This document shows, in pieces, positions 12,228-28,771 of a stretch of 64,000 nucleotides of DNA; within the stretch, counting starts at the first letter, position 1; every line of letters begins with the position of its first letter. Source of the stretch: Octopus vulgaris (Eukaryota); assembly GCA_951406725.2 (NCBI GenBank), contig OX597823.1, positions 97,898,001 through 97,962,000 on the forward strand, given 5' to 3'. The notes below the pieces were generated by a model. The model saw nothing but the letters and a program-made list of their open reading frames with translations, had not been told where the DNA came from and did no database searches. A program made the position numbers and the translations under genes.

Positions 12228-13332
12228 CACTGGACAACAAAGATTTTGCTTCTGGGGTAAAAGCATATGTTTTTAGACTAAATTGAGGATGCTGATTTTG
12301 TATCCACGCTCAGAATTGTTGTAGCATGTCAGGAATTTGAGTTATGTGCATGCACAAAATTATAGCTATACTTTTGGCTTGATATAGGCCATATTATAAA
12401 ATTTGCTAAAATGAAAGCAGCCTTAATTCAAAATTAAAAAAATAACAGCAATAAAACAAATGATGAGAAAGTTCATTATTTAGTTTATTAATAGATGGCA
12501 CTGACGTATTGTTTGCAATATGTCAGTTTGTTCTTGGTAACTTTCAGTGTCATTTGCCCTGCCATCACATGTGGTATGTGTATCTCTTGCTCTGCGTGAT
12601 TACTCTTTTAATTGTGATCATTGTGTTAGATCATGAATAGGAGAGGCTGTGTGAATTGCCCTGACAACTTTTGTTATGTCTGGAAAATTTGCTCCATATG
12701 ACCAGTGATAGAACATTGCCACCAAATTAAAAACTGCCTATAAATATTACTTTGGGTGTAAAGTTGGAGACCAAGACAAGAGGTGGGCACCTCATAAATG
12801 CTGCACCGCGTGTTACTCGGGGTTTACACAGTGGCTGAATGGAAAACAGAAGGGAATGCCTTTTGCTGTACCAATGGCATGGCATGAGCCATCCAATCAT
12901 GTCTCTGATTGTTACTTTTGTATGACTAATATTAGTGGTTTCTCAAAGAAAACCAAAGCAAAATTTGTGTATGCAGAATGTATGTCAGCTCTAAAACTGG
13001 TCCTACATGACTTCAAGAGCCCCGTCCCAGTTCCCCTTTCACATGATTCACTTGAAGACCTTGACACGTTGCACAATGAACTTCCTGATTCACCTATCAA
13101 CAAAGAGTACATAGTTGATTCTAAGAAAAATGAGCCATGCTTGTCAAATCAAGAAGATTTTAACAATTTAGTAAGAGACCTAGCATTGTCAAAGGAGAAG
13201 GCAGCAGTTTTGGGATCCAGACTACAGCAACAGAATCTCCTACAGCAAGGTACGAAAATTTCCATTTTCTGTTCTCGCCATGAAGGCTTAAGTCTTTTTC
13301 AAGCAAGAAAATGTTGTTATATGCCCATCTAA
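12228..13332 (+). mobile_element. 5' part of a Chapaev3-like (CMC) DNA transposon; pseudogenised transposase
   Basis: Begins CACTG. From 12633: MNRRGCVNCPDNFCYV / AYKYYFGCKVGDQDKRWAPHKCC / MPFAVPMAWHEPSNHVSDCYFC / FNNLVRDLALSKEKAAVLGSRL. I associate these motifs with Chapaev3 transposases. Frameshifted and truncated. Confidence 0.75.
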
Positions 13333-13339
13333 GGGCAAT

Positions 13340-13616
13340 AGCAGGACAGGTCGAAATGGACATTGTACAGAATAAAATTACTGCCCCAATTGGCTCCTGT
13401 GCCAGTAGCACGTAAAAAGCACATTCTGAACGTGGCTGATGCCAGTGACACATAAAAAGCACTCACTACACTCTCGGAATGGTTGGCATTAGGAAGGGCA
13501 TCCAGCTGTAGAAACATTGCCAGATCAGATTGAACCTGGTGCAGCCTCCTGGCTTGCCAGTCTCCAGTCAAACCATCCAACCCATGCCAGCATGGAAAAT
13601 GGACGTTAAACGATGA

Positions 13617-13617
<1 letters not shown>
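13340..13617 (+). mobile_element. RTE 3' UTR-only copy that truncates the Chapaev remnant and leads into the 3-kb (TA)n
   Basis: Same consensus, ending ggacgttaaacgatgat. Confidence 0.8.
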
Positions 13618-16755
<3,138 letters not shown>

Positions 16756-17648
16756 CAGATAGATATATACACACACAACAGGCTTCTTTCAGCTTTCATT
16801 TACCAAATGCACTTACAAGTCTTTGGTTGGTCCAAGGCTATAGTAGATGACATCCAAGATGACATGTGTTTGCATGTGCATTTGTGTATTTGCCCCTCCT
16901 CCACCATTTGACAACTGGTGTTGGTTTGTTTCTGTTATTAGCAGTTCAGTAAATAAGAACTGAGAGAATAAGTACCAAATTTTAAAAATATACATACTAG
17001 GGTTGGTTTGTTCAACTGAACTCTTCAAAGCAATACTCCAGCATGGCTGCAGTCCAATGATTGAAACAAGTAAAAGATGAACGACAACCGTTTCAACTAC
17101 ATGCATATTGTAGTGAGAGTAGCAGGATATAAATAACCAGACAGCCACATAGATTTGGATCATGTTTCCTCAAACTCTGTCGAATGATCAACAAATTCAA
17201 AATGTAGGATAATATCCTGGAAAGCAGAATATAAATAAAACTTATTTTAGACTTCACCAGGTGAATAACTATTTAAAGTTATTAAGTTATATACATTGAC
17301 TGAAAATTATTTTGGATTGTTAAATATGTGACAATGTGATGAAATAGTTACAAAGAGTTATTTTATTCTAAAATGGTAAACCAACAAAACATTATATTTA
17401 GTAATGAATGCTGAAAGGAGAACCAGAGAACTCAGGCATATACATAGATTTCATTTTGAAGTGGAGACCTTCCCAGAAATACTATTTGTTGACAGATCCT
17501 CTGTGGAAGTGACGTGTGTGTTTGTGTGTGTGTATACAGAAACATGCACACATAAATATTTTTGTGACTTTCTGCTTAAAAATATGAAAGTAGTGAGTGT
17601 GTGTATATATATATATATATACAATAAGAAATTAAGAATTTAGCTGAA

Positions 17649-18752
17649 ATGATACCAACAATTATAAAATCTACAAGAGAAAGCCTACCACAACCTCCTT
17701 GGATGTCAGAAATAAACGAAAGAAATCTGGAAAAAGAGGCACACCGAAAAAGAGAAGAGATACAGAAGACATGGAAAAAACTCCTTAACATAAGAAAACA
17801 AAACTTCTGGAAGGCATATAAATGCGAAAAATATGCTGAAATACATTCGAAATGGATATCTTTAGCGGCACCCATACTTCCTCGGAAGTACCTAATTAAA
17901 GAAATTGCAGGAGAACCAGAGGAAGAAACTAAACTTCGATGGGACCTTAGTTTGATAAAATTCAGGACCGACATCTCCATTACCCTGTCTAAACAATCCC
18001 GCTACAAAGCCAAATACGAAGCTATCGATGATCAAATCAGAGATGAAATATCCAAACTAACGACCGGCAATATAGCAGAAAAAATGCGAGAACTATGGAT
18101 CAGAGATATCTCAAAAGAAGAAAGCAGATCAAGAAAGTTTTGGCAGCGGAAACAATTATTTCTCGACAAATATGCTACAAATTACGGTAAAGACACCAGA
18201 ACTCCGAGAAATAGCATTAAAAGTGGACAACCTCACCAACGCAACATACACCAGAACACGTGGCAACATGAACACCCGTTTCACCACGAATCGAAGACGA
18301 ACTACGGTAAGAACTCTTCCCATTTTGTATGCAAACACCCTAATGCACACAACATGAACAAAAAGCACAAACAAAATAGATATTGTTTTGAACAAACCAT
18401 TAGCAGTAGAAATAACAGGAGATCATTTTCAAGACCTCAACAGAGATTACCCACAAGAAACTGGACAAAAAACCGATCTAGATCTAGAAGTAAACCCAGA
18501 TCATTTCTCCAGGTGGTTAAAAACAATGCTAACAAGAAATTGAAAAGTAGCATACATAATACCAAAAACAAGACAGAAAACATAACGAAACCAAGTAAAG
18601 TACCACAACCAAAACGCAAAATTCATCAAGCAAACATCAACAGGAATATAAATCATAACCAGAAAAAAATCCATTTTTTTACGTCAGGACAACAAACACC
18701 GGAGAAAGAAAAAATCCAAGAGGAAACATACCCCAAACAACTGAACGTATAG
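17649..18752 (+). CDS. PLE upstream ORF (367 aa; helical N-half, K/R/N/S-rich C-half)
   Basis: Uninterrupted ORF directly upstream of, and overlapping, the RT frame. Same A-rich composition as the RT ORF. Confidence 0.7.
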   Translation: MIPTIIKSTRESLPQPPWMSEINERNLEKEAHRKREEIQKTWKKLLNIRKQNFWKAYKCEKYAEIHSKWISLAAPILPRKYLIKEIAGEPEEETKLRWDLSLIKFRTDISITLSKQSRYKAKYEAIDDQIRDEISKLTTGNIAEKMRELWIRDISKEESRSRKFWQRKQLFLDKYATNYGKDTRTPRNSIKSGQPHQRNIHQNTWQHEHPFHHESKTNYGKNSSHFVCKHPNAHNMNKKHKQNRYCFEQTISSRNNRRSFSRPQQRLPTRNWTKNRSRSRSKPRSFLQVVKNNANKKLKSSIHNTKNKTENITKPSKVPQPKRKIHQANINRNINHNQKKIHFFTSGQQTPEKEKIQEETYPKQLNV

Positions 18753-20986
18753 ATCCTAAAATAATTAATTTATCAAAAAGAGATCTTGACAATGATGAAA
18801 TCCAACTTCTGTCAAAAGGACTGAAATTCACACCTACACCAACAGCCAACCACCAAGAATTAAAGGAGGATATCCAAAAATTCTGTCGAAAATTACGACT
18901 TGTAGAATTCTTCGCTAACAAAAGTAATGAGATTGATGAATCCCTAGTAAGGAATAAATCAAATTTCACCCCACCAAAAGGAAGAAATAACTACCTTGAC
19001 CAATACATTGATATCCTGTCTAAATTTCCCCTTAGACGCAATACCAATGTTAGGCCAAACATTAGCAAATCAGAGATGTCTGCATGTAAACGTATACAAA
19101 ACGATCAAACAATAATAATTAAACAAGCAGATAAAGGTGGTGCAATTGTTATTATGGATACCGAATACTATAAGGATTTGGTTGAAGACCAACTGAAGGA
19201 TACAACCTTCTATTGTGAAATACCCGCAAATATAGACCACCACATCATGAAAAAGATCAACAACCTGATTTCAACACACCACAACTCACTTACGGATAAT
19301 GAAAAAGACTACATCACCAATTTTGAACCAAAACCCAGCAACTTCTACGGCTTACCAAAAATACACAAATCAAAAAACATTCAACAGGCAGTAAAAGAAC
19401 AAGAAAGTGAGTACATAAAATTATTACATCCAAAAGACCTAAAACTTAGACCTATTATAGCTGGTCCAGCATGCCCTACACACCGTCTAAGCAATTTTAT
19501 TGACATTGTTTTGAAACCACTATGTACTTACATACCAAGTTTCATCAGGGATGACATCGACTTCCTGTCCCATCTTCCCAAAACAACAGAAACAAATTCA
19601 GTTTTGCTAAGTTTTGATGTGGTAAGCCTCTACACCAATATTCCACACGATTTAGGAATAAAGGCGATTAAATACTGGTTAGAAAAACATAGAGAAGTGA
19701 TTCCCAGCAGATTCACAGTGGCATTTATATTAGACACAGTCAAACTTATTCTAGAAAATAACACATTCTTCTTCAATGGAAAGAATTACATCCAAATTAG
19801 AGGCACGGCGATGGGAACGAGGTTTGCTCCCGTTTACGCCAACTCTGTAATGGGATACTTAGAAGAACAACTCTACCAAGAGGTGGAGGTAAACTATGGC
19901 ACTGGATTTAGAAAGTATATTGAAAAGGCATGGAAGAGATACCTAGACGACTGTTTCATAATCTGGACAGAATCTCTAAATACTCTGGAAGAGTTCAATA
20001 TCCTCCTGAACAACCTACACCCATCTCTCAAATTTACAAAGGAGATGAGTAGTACCAAATTACCATTCCTGGATATAATGGTAATTAAAAATGACACCAC
20101 CATCACCACAGATATATACTATAAACACACAGACACACATCAATACCTAAATTTTAAGTCGTGCCATCCACCACATACAAAACGTAACATCCCATACTGC
20201 CTAGCCAGAAGAATTTGTACTATTGTAGAAGATGCAAATATCAGGAACAAACGCCTAATAGAACTAAGAGAATTTTTGCTCAAACAAAAATACCCATCTC
20301 TACTTATAGAAAATGGCATACAGCGGGCTATAAAAATACCTATACAACAACTTAGGACAACCCAAGGAAGAGGAAAACAAGAACAAGTCATACCATTCAT
20401 AGTGACACACAACCCATGTCACCAGAATATCTTCAACATTGCCAAAGCAAACCTTCCAATCATTGCCCAAAGTAATGAATTAAAAGACATAATCAAGGAT
20501 CGAGCTATGGTGCTTAGTAAAAGACAGCCTAAAAACTTGAAAACATTACTAACAAAGGCAAAATTTGACCTCAGCAACAAAGACCAAACATTCACGGTAT
20601 CTAAATGCAATGATAGCCGATGTGGCACATGCCAATTCATACATACCGGTCAATATATAAACACAAAAACCGGGAAAATATTCACAAACGCGAATATGAA
20701 CTGCAAAAGCAGAAATTTAATTTACTGCATCAAATGCCCAAATTGTGAAGAAATATATGTAGGTCAGACGGGAAACGCACTATTAGAACGCTCACGTGTA
20801 CACCGGCAACAGATTAGAGACCCAGAGGTCCGTCAGATACCTTTGAGTAACCACCTAGCAACATGTGGTCGGAAAATATATATAATATTTCCATTCTACA
20901 AATTACACAGCCCAAGTGAAATCGAGAGGAAAATCAGAGAAAAGAATTTTATTGATAAATTCGAACCCAAGCTAAATAAGCAATAA
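18659..20986 (+). CDS. PLE reverse transcriptase plus C-terminal GIY-YIG endonuclease; frame open from 18659, first ATG at 19076
   Basis: Motifs: IINLS..LLSKGLKFTPTP (18761 onward), KQADKGGAIVIMD, FYGLPKIHK, LRPII, SFDVVSLYTNI, GTAMGT, RYLDD, LPFLD, SCHPPH, CxxxxCxxC, NLIYCIKCPNCEEIYVGQT, and H..H. No stop codons. Confidence 0.93.
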   Translation, partial: PEKNPFFYVRTTNTGERKNPRGNIPQTTERIDPKIINLSKRDLDNDEIQLLSKGLKFTPTPTANHQELKEDIQKFCRKLRLVEFFANKSNEIDESLVRNKSNFTPPKGRNNYLDQYIDILSKFPLRRNTNVRPNISKSEMSACKRIQNDQTIIIKQADKGGAIVIMDTEYYKDLVEDQLKDTTFYCEIPANIDHHIMKKINNLISTHHNSLTDNEKDYITNFEPKPSNFYGLPKIHKSKNIQQAVKEQESEYIKLLHPKDLKLRPIIAGPACPTHRLSNFIDIVLKPLCTYIPSFIRDDIDFLSHLPKTTETNSVLLSFDVVSLYTNIPHDLGIKAIKYWLEKHREVIPSRFTVAFILDTVKLILENNTFFFNGKNYIQIRGTAMGTRFAPVYANSVMGYLEEQLYQEVEVNYGTGFRKYIEKAWKRYLDDCFIIWTESLNTLEEFNILLNNLHPSLKFTKEMSSTKLPFLDIMVIKNDTTITTDIYYKHTDTHQYLNFKSCHPPHTKRNIPYCLARRICTIVEDANIRNKRLIELREFLLKQKYPSLLIENGIQRAIKIPIQQLRTTQGRGKQEQVIPFIVTHNPCHQNIFNIAKANLPIIAQSNELKDIIKDRAMVLSKRQPKNLKTLLTKAKFDLSNKDQTFTVSKCNDSRCGTCQFIHTGQYINTKTGKIFTNANMNCKSRNLIYCIKCPNCEEIYVGQTGNALLERSRVHRQQIRDPEVRQIPLSNHLATCGRKIYIIFPFYKLHSPSEIERKIREKNFIDKFEPKLNKQ

Positions 20987-21480
20987 TAATAATACTTAGA
21001 GGTATTACTTCCACTGCTACGACCATGACCACTAACAACAACAACAATACTAAAGGTGATCAAGACGAAGATAGCAGGAAAATTATCTTATTTAGGGTTA
21101 AAAGTTCTATTGCCACCACCATCACCACTAGCAACAATAATTAAGGTGCTGACAATGATGATGATGACAATTGAAATATAAAAATATAAAAATCTCTGAC
21201 AAAGGATATTTACAACATTTCTAAAAATAACCCAACAATTGCTGCTTCGGCCAGGGTCAAGATACAGGACTCTTGACCTGTCCAACAAAGCGTGATGCCT
21301 AAACCAATCAGCTCAACCAACCAATCAGCTTAAGTAATTGAGTGATACTACACACTGATTGGTCAGAATACAGTTTGCAAAACCTAGCACTCTGGAGCCT
21401 ACCCAGCTGTATTTATAGCACAGAATCACTCATCTTGCTACAGTCAAAAATTGTGAAGCATGACTGTCAACACTACTACA

Positions 21481-21525
21481 TGAACCCGAAGATTGCAGAA
21501 TTCAATGCATGAAAGTACTAGTTCA
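21481..21525 (+). ncRNA. Minimal type I hammerhead ribozyme motif in the PLE pseudo-LTR
   Basis: TGAAC-CCGAAGA-t-TGCA-gaattcaa-TGCA-t-GAAA-GTAC-TA-GTTCA. Stem I TGAAC/GTTCA, core variant CCGAAGA, palindromic stem III as in PLE hammerheads. Confidence 0.7.
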
Positions 21526-21789
21526 ATCAGAATGAATATTTAACATTCTACTATTTCATTTTATTTTACTCAATTATAATATATTATCTTATAATATATC
21601 ATTATAAGATTGTAAATAAAACGTGAAAATCAGACAAGGTTGGAATTCTTTTTATTAATATATATATATATATATGTATAGGGCAAAAGAAAAAAGTTGT
21701 TTATAAGTTTAACCTTTAAAGGTATTTTTTAATATGCTGGCCATTGATAGAATTTTTTTCGAAAAAATGTTATCCTATATTAGAGGTAT

Positions 21790-21826
21790 ATATATGTATG
21801 TATGTATATATATATGTATGTATATA

Positions 21827-21872
<46 letters not shown>

Positions 21873-22770
21873 CTATTATATATATATATATAATCTATTA
21901 TATATATATATATAATCTATTATATATATATATATAATCTATTATATATATATATATAATCTATTATATATATATATAATCTATTATATATATATATAAT
22001 CTATTATATATATATATAATCTATTATATATATATATATAATCTATTATATATATATATATAATCTATTATATATATATATATAATCTATTATATATATA
22101 TATATAATCTATTATATATATATATATAATCTATTATATATATATATAATCTATTATATATATATATATATCTATTATATATATATAAATAATCTATTAT
22201 ATATATATATAATCTATTATATATATATATAATCTATTATATATATATATAATCTATTATATATATATATAATCTATTATATATATATATATAATCTATT
22301 ATATATATATATATATCTATTATATATATATATAATCTATTATATATATATATAATCTATTATATATATATATAATCTATTATATATATATATAATCTAT
22401 TATATATATATATATCTATTATATATATATATCTATTATATATATATATAATCTATTATATATATATATATAATCTATTATATATATATATATATCTATT
22501 ATATATATATATATATATCTATTATATATATATATATATATAATCTATTATATATATATATAATCTATTATATATATATATATATCTATTATATATATAT
22601 ATATAATCTATTATATATATATATATAATCTATTATATATATATATATAATCTATTATATATATATATATAATCTATTATATATATATATATATATCTAT
22701 TATATATATATATATATTATCTATTATATATATATATATATTATCTATTATATATATATATATTATCTAA
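21790..22770. repeat. Compound satellite (AATCTATT(AT)n), resuming at 23585-23747, 23958-24030 and 24280-24610
   Basis: Directly visible ~20-bp variable unit. Confidence 0.97.
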
Positions 22771-22782
22771 CAATATCAGCCT

Positions 22783-23582
22783 CTAACAATATCAGAGACC
22801 TGGGTGTAATTGTTGATGACGATCTCAGTTGGAGTGCACACATCAACAAGAAGGTCAATACAGCTCGTAGGATGAGTTCCTGGATCTTAAGAACTTTCCG
22901 GTCCAGAGAACAAGGTGTCATCATACCACTTTTTTCATCCTTTGTACGGCCACACCTTGAATACTGCTGCCCACTGTGGTCTCCTCACACAAGACAAAAC
23001 ATCTCCAGAATTGAGTCACCCCAGAGGGCTCTCACTAAACAAATTGAAAGCATGGCTGCTCTCGATTATTGGGATTGCCTTAAAGCCTTGAAACTTTACT
23101 CCCTCCAGCGTCACCGTGAGCGGTACATCATTTGTACGATGTGGAAAATATACCACCAACTTTGCCCAAACGACCTAAACATTAGCTTCAAGGTTCATCC
23201 GAGACTTGGACCACGGGCTATACGTCCCCTGCCAAATTCAAGATCACAACATACATGTACACTGCAACATAATTTCTTTTCCTCAACAGGCCCTGCCCTA
23301 TTTAACATTGTCCCGAGGGAGATCAAAGAGGAAAAGGATCCCATCAACTTCAAACAGAGTCTGGATAGATTCCTTCAAAGAATACCAGATAAGCCACCCA
23401 TAATTGGATACAACTCACCCAACAAGAACTCACTACTTGAACAAAACTGGATACAACTCACCCAACAAGAACTCACTACTTGAACAAAACTTGACTTAAA
23501 CAGGATTCGAATAATCCTATCAGGTGGTGCTATTAAGTTAGACATGGCCTGGACCAATCTCTGGTCGAAACATATCTAAGTT
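22783..23582 (+). mobile_element. CR1-group LINE 3' fragment nested in microsatellite
   Basis: IRDLGVIVDDDLSWSAHI..RRMSSWILRTF..VRPHLEYCCPLWSPH..LKLYSLQR..FKQSLDRFL..PDKP. Tandem duplication of about 44 bp at 23412-23491. Confidence 0.88.
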
Positions 23583-23747
23583 TATATATTATCTATTATA
23601 TATATATATATATTATCTATTATATATATATATATTATCTATTATATATATATATATTATCTATTATATATATATATTATCTATTATATATATATATATA
23701 TTATCTATTATATATATATTATCTATTATATATATATATATATATAT

Positions 23748-23957
23748 CGCCTGGCACCTGTGCAGGTGGCACGTAAAAAGCACCCACTACACTCACGGAG
23801 TGGTTGGCGTTAGGAAGGGCATCCAGCTGTAGAAACACTGCCAGATAAGACTGGAGCCTGGTGCAGCCTTCTGGCTTGCCAGATCCCCGGTCGAACCGTC
23901 CAACCCATGCTAGCATGGAGAACGGACGTAACACGACGATGATGATGATGATGATGA
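23748..23957 (+). mobile_element. RTE 3' UTR-only copy nested in microsatellite
   Basis: Same consensus with (GAT)n tail. Confidence 0.85.
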
Positions 23958-24031
23958 TATATATATATATATATATATATATTATCTATTATATATATAT
24001 ATATATATATATATTATCTATTATATATATT

Positions 24032-24251
24032 GTCAAAAATTGTGAAGCATGACTGTCAACACTACTACATGAACCCGAAGATTGCAGAATTCAATGCATG
24101 AAAGTACTAGTTCAATCAGAATGAATATTTAACATTCTACTATTTCATTTTATTTTATTCAATTATAATATATTATCTTATAATATATCATTATAAGATT
24201 GTAAATAAAACGTGAAAATCAGACAAGGTTGGAATTCTTTTTATTAATATA
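24032..24251 (+). repeat. Second copy of the PLE pseudo-LTR (direct repeat of 21443-21662), with hammerhead at 24070-24114
   Basis: About 220 bp that reads identical to 21443-21662 (gtcaaaaattgtgaagc...ggaattctttttattaatat). Confidence 0.9.
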
Positions 24252-24276
24252 TTCTTCTATACACAATCACACACAC

Positions 24277-24364
<88 letters not shown>

Positions 24365-24374
24365 CTATCATATA

Positions 24375-24551
<177 letters not shown>

Positions 24552-24614
24552 CTATTATATATATATATTATATATATTATATATATATATATATTATATA
24601 TTATATATATTCTT

Positions 24615-24830
24615 TTTATTCTTTCTTTTATTCTTTTACTTGTTTCAGTCATTTGACTGTGGCCATGCTGGAGCACCACCTTTAGTCGAGCAAGTCGACC
24701 CCGGGACTTATTCTTTGTAAGCCCAGTACTTATTCTACCGGTCTCTTTTGCCGAACCGCTAAGTGACGGGGACGTAAACACACCAGCATCGGTTGTCAAG
24801 CAATGCTAGGGGGACAAACACACACACAAA
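24615..24830 (-). mobile_element. SINE 3' part (also at about 7630-7745 +, 16890-17080 + and 61740-61940 +)
   Basis: tgtttcagtcatttgactgtggccatgctggagcaccacc..agtacttattcta..ctcttttgccgaaccgctaag consensus. Confidence 0.75.
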
Positions 24831-24838
24831 AACACACA

Positions 24839-24910
<72 letters not shown>

Positions 24911-25080
24911 GTGAAATAGAAAGATGAATAATCTTGTAGCAGATTAATCAAAAGTTTAACCGATACCTTGGTAGCAAAAATCACAGCAGAAAAGAGTTTT
25001 GCCATGGGCTCTTAGGAGCCTAGTTCGATTTGTTTTGCTCCGCCTCTGTTCTGTTTTTGTTTTTTCCAACGGATTTCCTA

Positions 25081-25169
25081 TTTCTTCCTGAAGAGAAAGA
25101 CACAATATAGTCTCATTATTCAATCGGATTTTGGTAAATTGTGCCTTTCGAAACACGTGTAGAATGAAA
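25081..25169 (+). ncRNA. Type I hammerhead ribozyme motif with extended stem II, in a ~320-bp element (about 24905-25225) flanked by (TA)n
   Basis: TTC-CTGAAGA-GAAAG(a)CACAAT..loop..ATTGTG(c)CTTTC-GAAA-CACGTG-TA-GAA. Canonical core. Confidence 0.8.
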
Positions 25170-25218
25170 TAAAACGATTTCTGTTCAATCTTCGTTCAGT
25201 TCCATTTCTTCAATTCAC

Positions 25219-25252
<34 letters not shown>

Positions 25253-25387
25253 CTTTCAGCGCACCCACCCCACTACTGACTTGGTCATATATTATATATA
25301 TATTATATATATATATATTATATATATATTATATATATTGTATATATATTATATATATTATATATGTATATATATATTATATATATA

Positions 25388-26409
25388 TCATCATCATCAT
25401 CATCGTTTAACATCCGTTCTCCATGCTAGCATGGGTTGGACGATTCGACCGGGGATCTGGGAAGCCAGAAGGCTGCACCAGGCTCCAGTCTTATCTGGCA
25501 ATGTTTCTACAGCTGGATGCCCTTCCTAACGCCAACCACTCCGTGAGTGTAGTGGGTGCTTTTTACGTGCCACCTGCACAGGTGCCAGGCGAGGCTGGCA
25601 ACGGCCACGGTCAGATTGGTGTATTTTACGTGCCACCAGCACGGAAGCCAGTCGAGGCAGTTTTTATGTACCACCAGACCAGGGATCCTGGCTGGTTCAA
25701 TTCAATTTCGATTTCGCTTGCCCCAACATGTCTTCGCAAGCAAAGGGGGTTGGCATGGGTTCCTGTCGTCGGATGAGGTTCTATATCGACTTCGCTTGCC
25801 TCAACAGGTCTTTGTGTCCAAGGGAGGAAAGGCATGCATAAGTGGGCTGGGCTCACTTGACCTGCCTGGTCTTCTCACGTACAGCATATTTCCAAAGGTC
25901 TCGGTCGCTGGTCATTTCCTCAGAGAGGCCTAAAGTTCAAAAGTCGTGCTTCACCACCTCGTCCCAGGTTTTCCTGGGTCTACCTCTTCCATGGGTTCCC
26001 TCAACTGCTAGGGATTGGCACTTTCTCACACACCTATCTTCATCCATTCTCGCCACATGACCATACCAGCGCAATCGTCTCTCTTGCACACCACACTGAT
26101 GCTTCTTAGGTACAACATTTCTCTCAAGGTACTAACGCTCTGCCGAGTATGTACACTGACATTACACATCCATCAGAGCATACTGGCTTCATTCCTCACA
26201 AGCTTACGCATGTCTTCAACAGTCACGGCCCATGTTTCACTGCCATGTAGCATGGCTGTTCTTACACATGCATCATACAGTCTGCCTTTTACTCTGAGCG
26301 AGAGGCCTTTAGTCACCAGCAGAGGTAAGAGCTCCCTAAACTTTGCCCAGGCTATTTTTATTCTAGCAGTTACACTTTCAGCGCACCCACCCCACTACTG
26401 ACTTGGTCA
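25388..26409 (-). mobile_element. 5'-truncated RTE LINE (RT C-terminus plus 3' UTR)
   Basis: Reverse complement of the 40405-41600 type sequence, with a (CAT)n tail at the left end. Confidence 0.92.
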
Positions 26410-27584
<1,175 letters not shown>

Positions 27585-28771
27585 TTTGGCTGACCGGTTC
27601 GCGGAACACCTTCGTGACATCCACCTTGCGAACGACACACCGGTCTCACGCCATTTCCGCTCCACCGGTCACTCCTTGCAACACCTATCTGTGTTCGGTT
27701 TGTCCTTACACAGAGGCCATCCGGATTCCCGTTTGCGCCGTGAACAGGAATTAATCTTCTCTCTTCGCTCTTATACGCCATTTGGTCTCAACTCTCCCCC
27801 CTCCTCATCTAACCCCCTCTCCCCCTCCTCACCTATCCTTTCTCCCCCCGACCCCTACTTCTTCAGTCCTTCATCCTTTTCACCGCTACTCCCCTTCCCT
27901 TCTTCCCTCTTTCTCCCTCCCTCTTCCCCTTCCCTCTGCTCCCTCACTCCCTCTCTCCCCCTCTCCCTCTTTCCTCCTTCATCCCCCTCCTCCCCTTCCT
28001 TCTCCCCCATCCTCTCCTCTTCCCCTTCTCCTCCCCCTCTTCTTCCCCTCGCCTTCTCCCCCCTCTTCTCCCCCTCCCCCTCTTCTCCTCACTACACCAC
28101 ATGACTTTACACATCACATCATATATGATGTGCCATACTAATACACACACCAACTAATACATACTAATACGTACTAATACATACCAGTACATACTAATAC
28201 TTACACCAACCCTATACATACACACGTCCAGACCCCGCATACGCACTTATACTCTCTCACACACACACACACACACCTATACATACCAATACGTACTAAT
28301 ACATACTAATACATACTAATACATACACCAACCCCATACATACGCACGTCCAGACCAATCTTACGCACTAATACTCTCTCATACACACACACACACACAC
28401 CCTTATACATACTAATACATACACCAACCCTATACATACACACATCCAGACCCCTCCCACGCACTTTTAGCTGGTCCCTCAACCCTTTTATCAACCCTAT
28501 TATCTCCCCTTATTTCGCTCTCGCGTCTCATGTTTGATCTTTGACCTCTGGCCGAAATCAGATCGCCATGTTGATTCGTTAGCTACTGCACGCATTTTTT
28601 TCTCTCCTTCTTCCTGTGTTTTTCTCTCTCTGTGTATCTTTCTGTTGAAGAGCGTAGGCTCGAAACGTTAAAGACTTGTTTTATTTATATTTCCTGAGCG
28701 CCATACTAATACAATTGTTCGTTTGTTTTCCACCTGCCTTCGTCTTTTGTTTATTTTCATAAAGCTTCCCG

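Larger units (their letters stand above)
17622..21662 (+). mobile_element. Penelope-like retroelement, Neptune-type, near complete, inserted in (TA)n
   Basis: Upstream basic ORF plus an RT/GIY-YIG ORF, a Cys-rich linker (KCNDSRCGTC), a 3' pseudo-LTR with a hammerhead motif, and (TA)n on both flanks. Confidence 0.92.
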
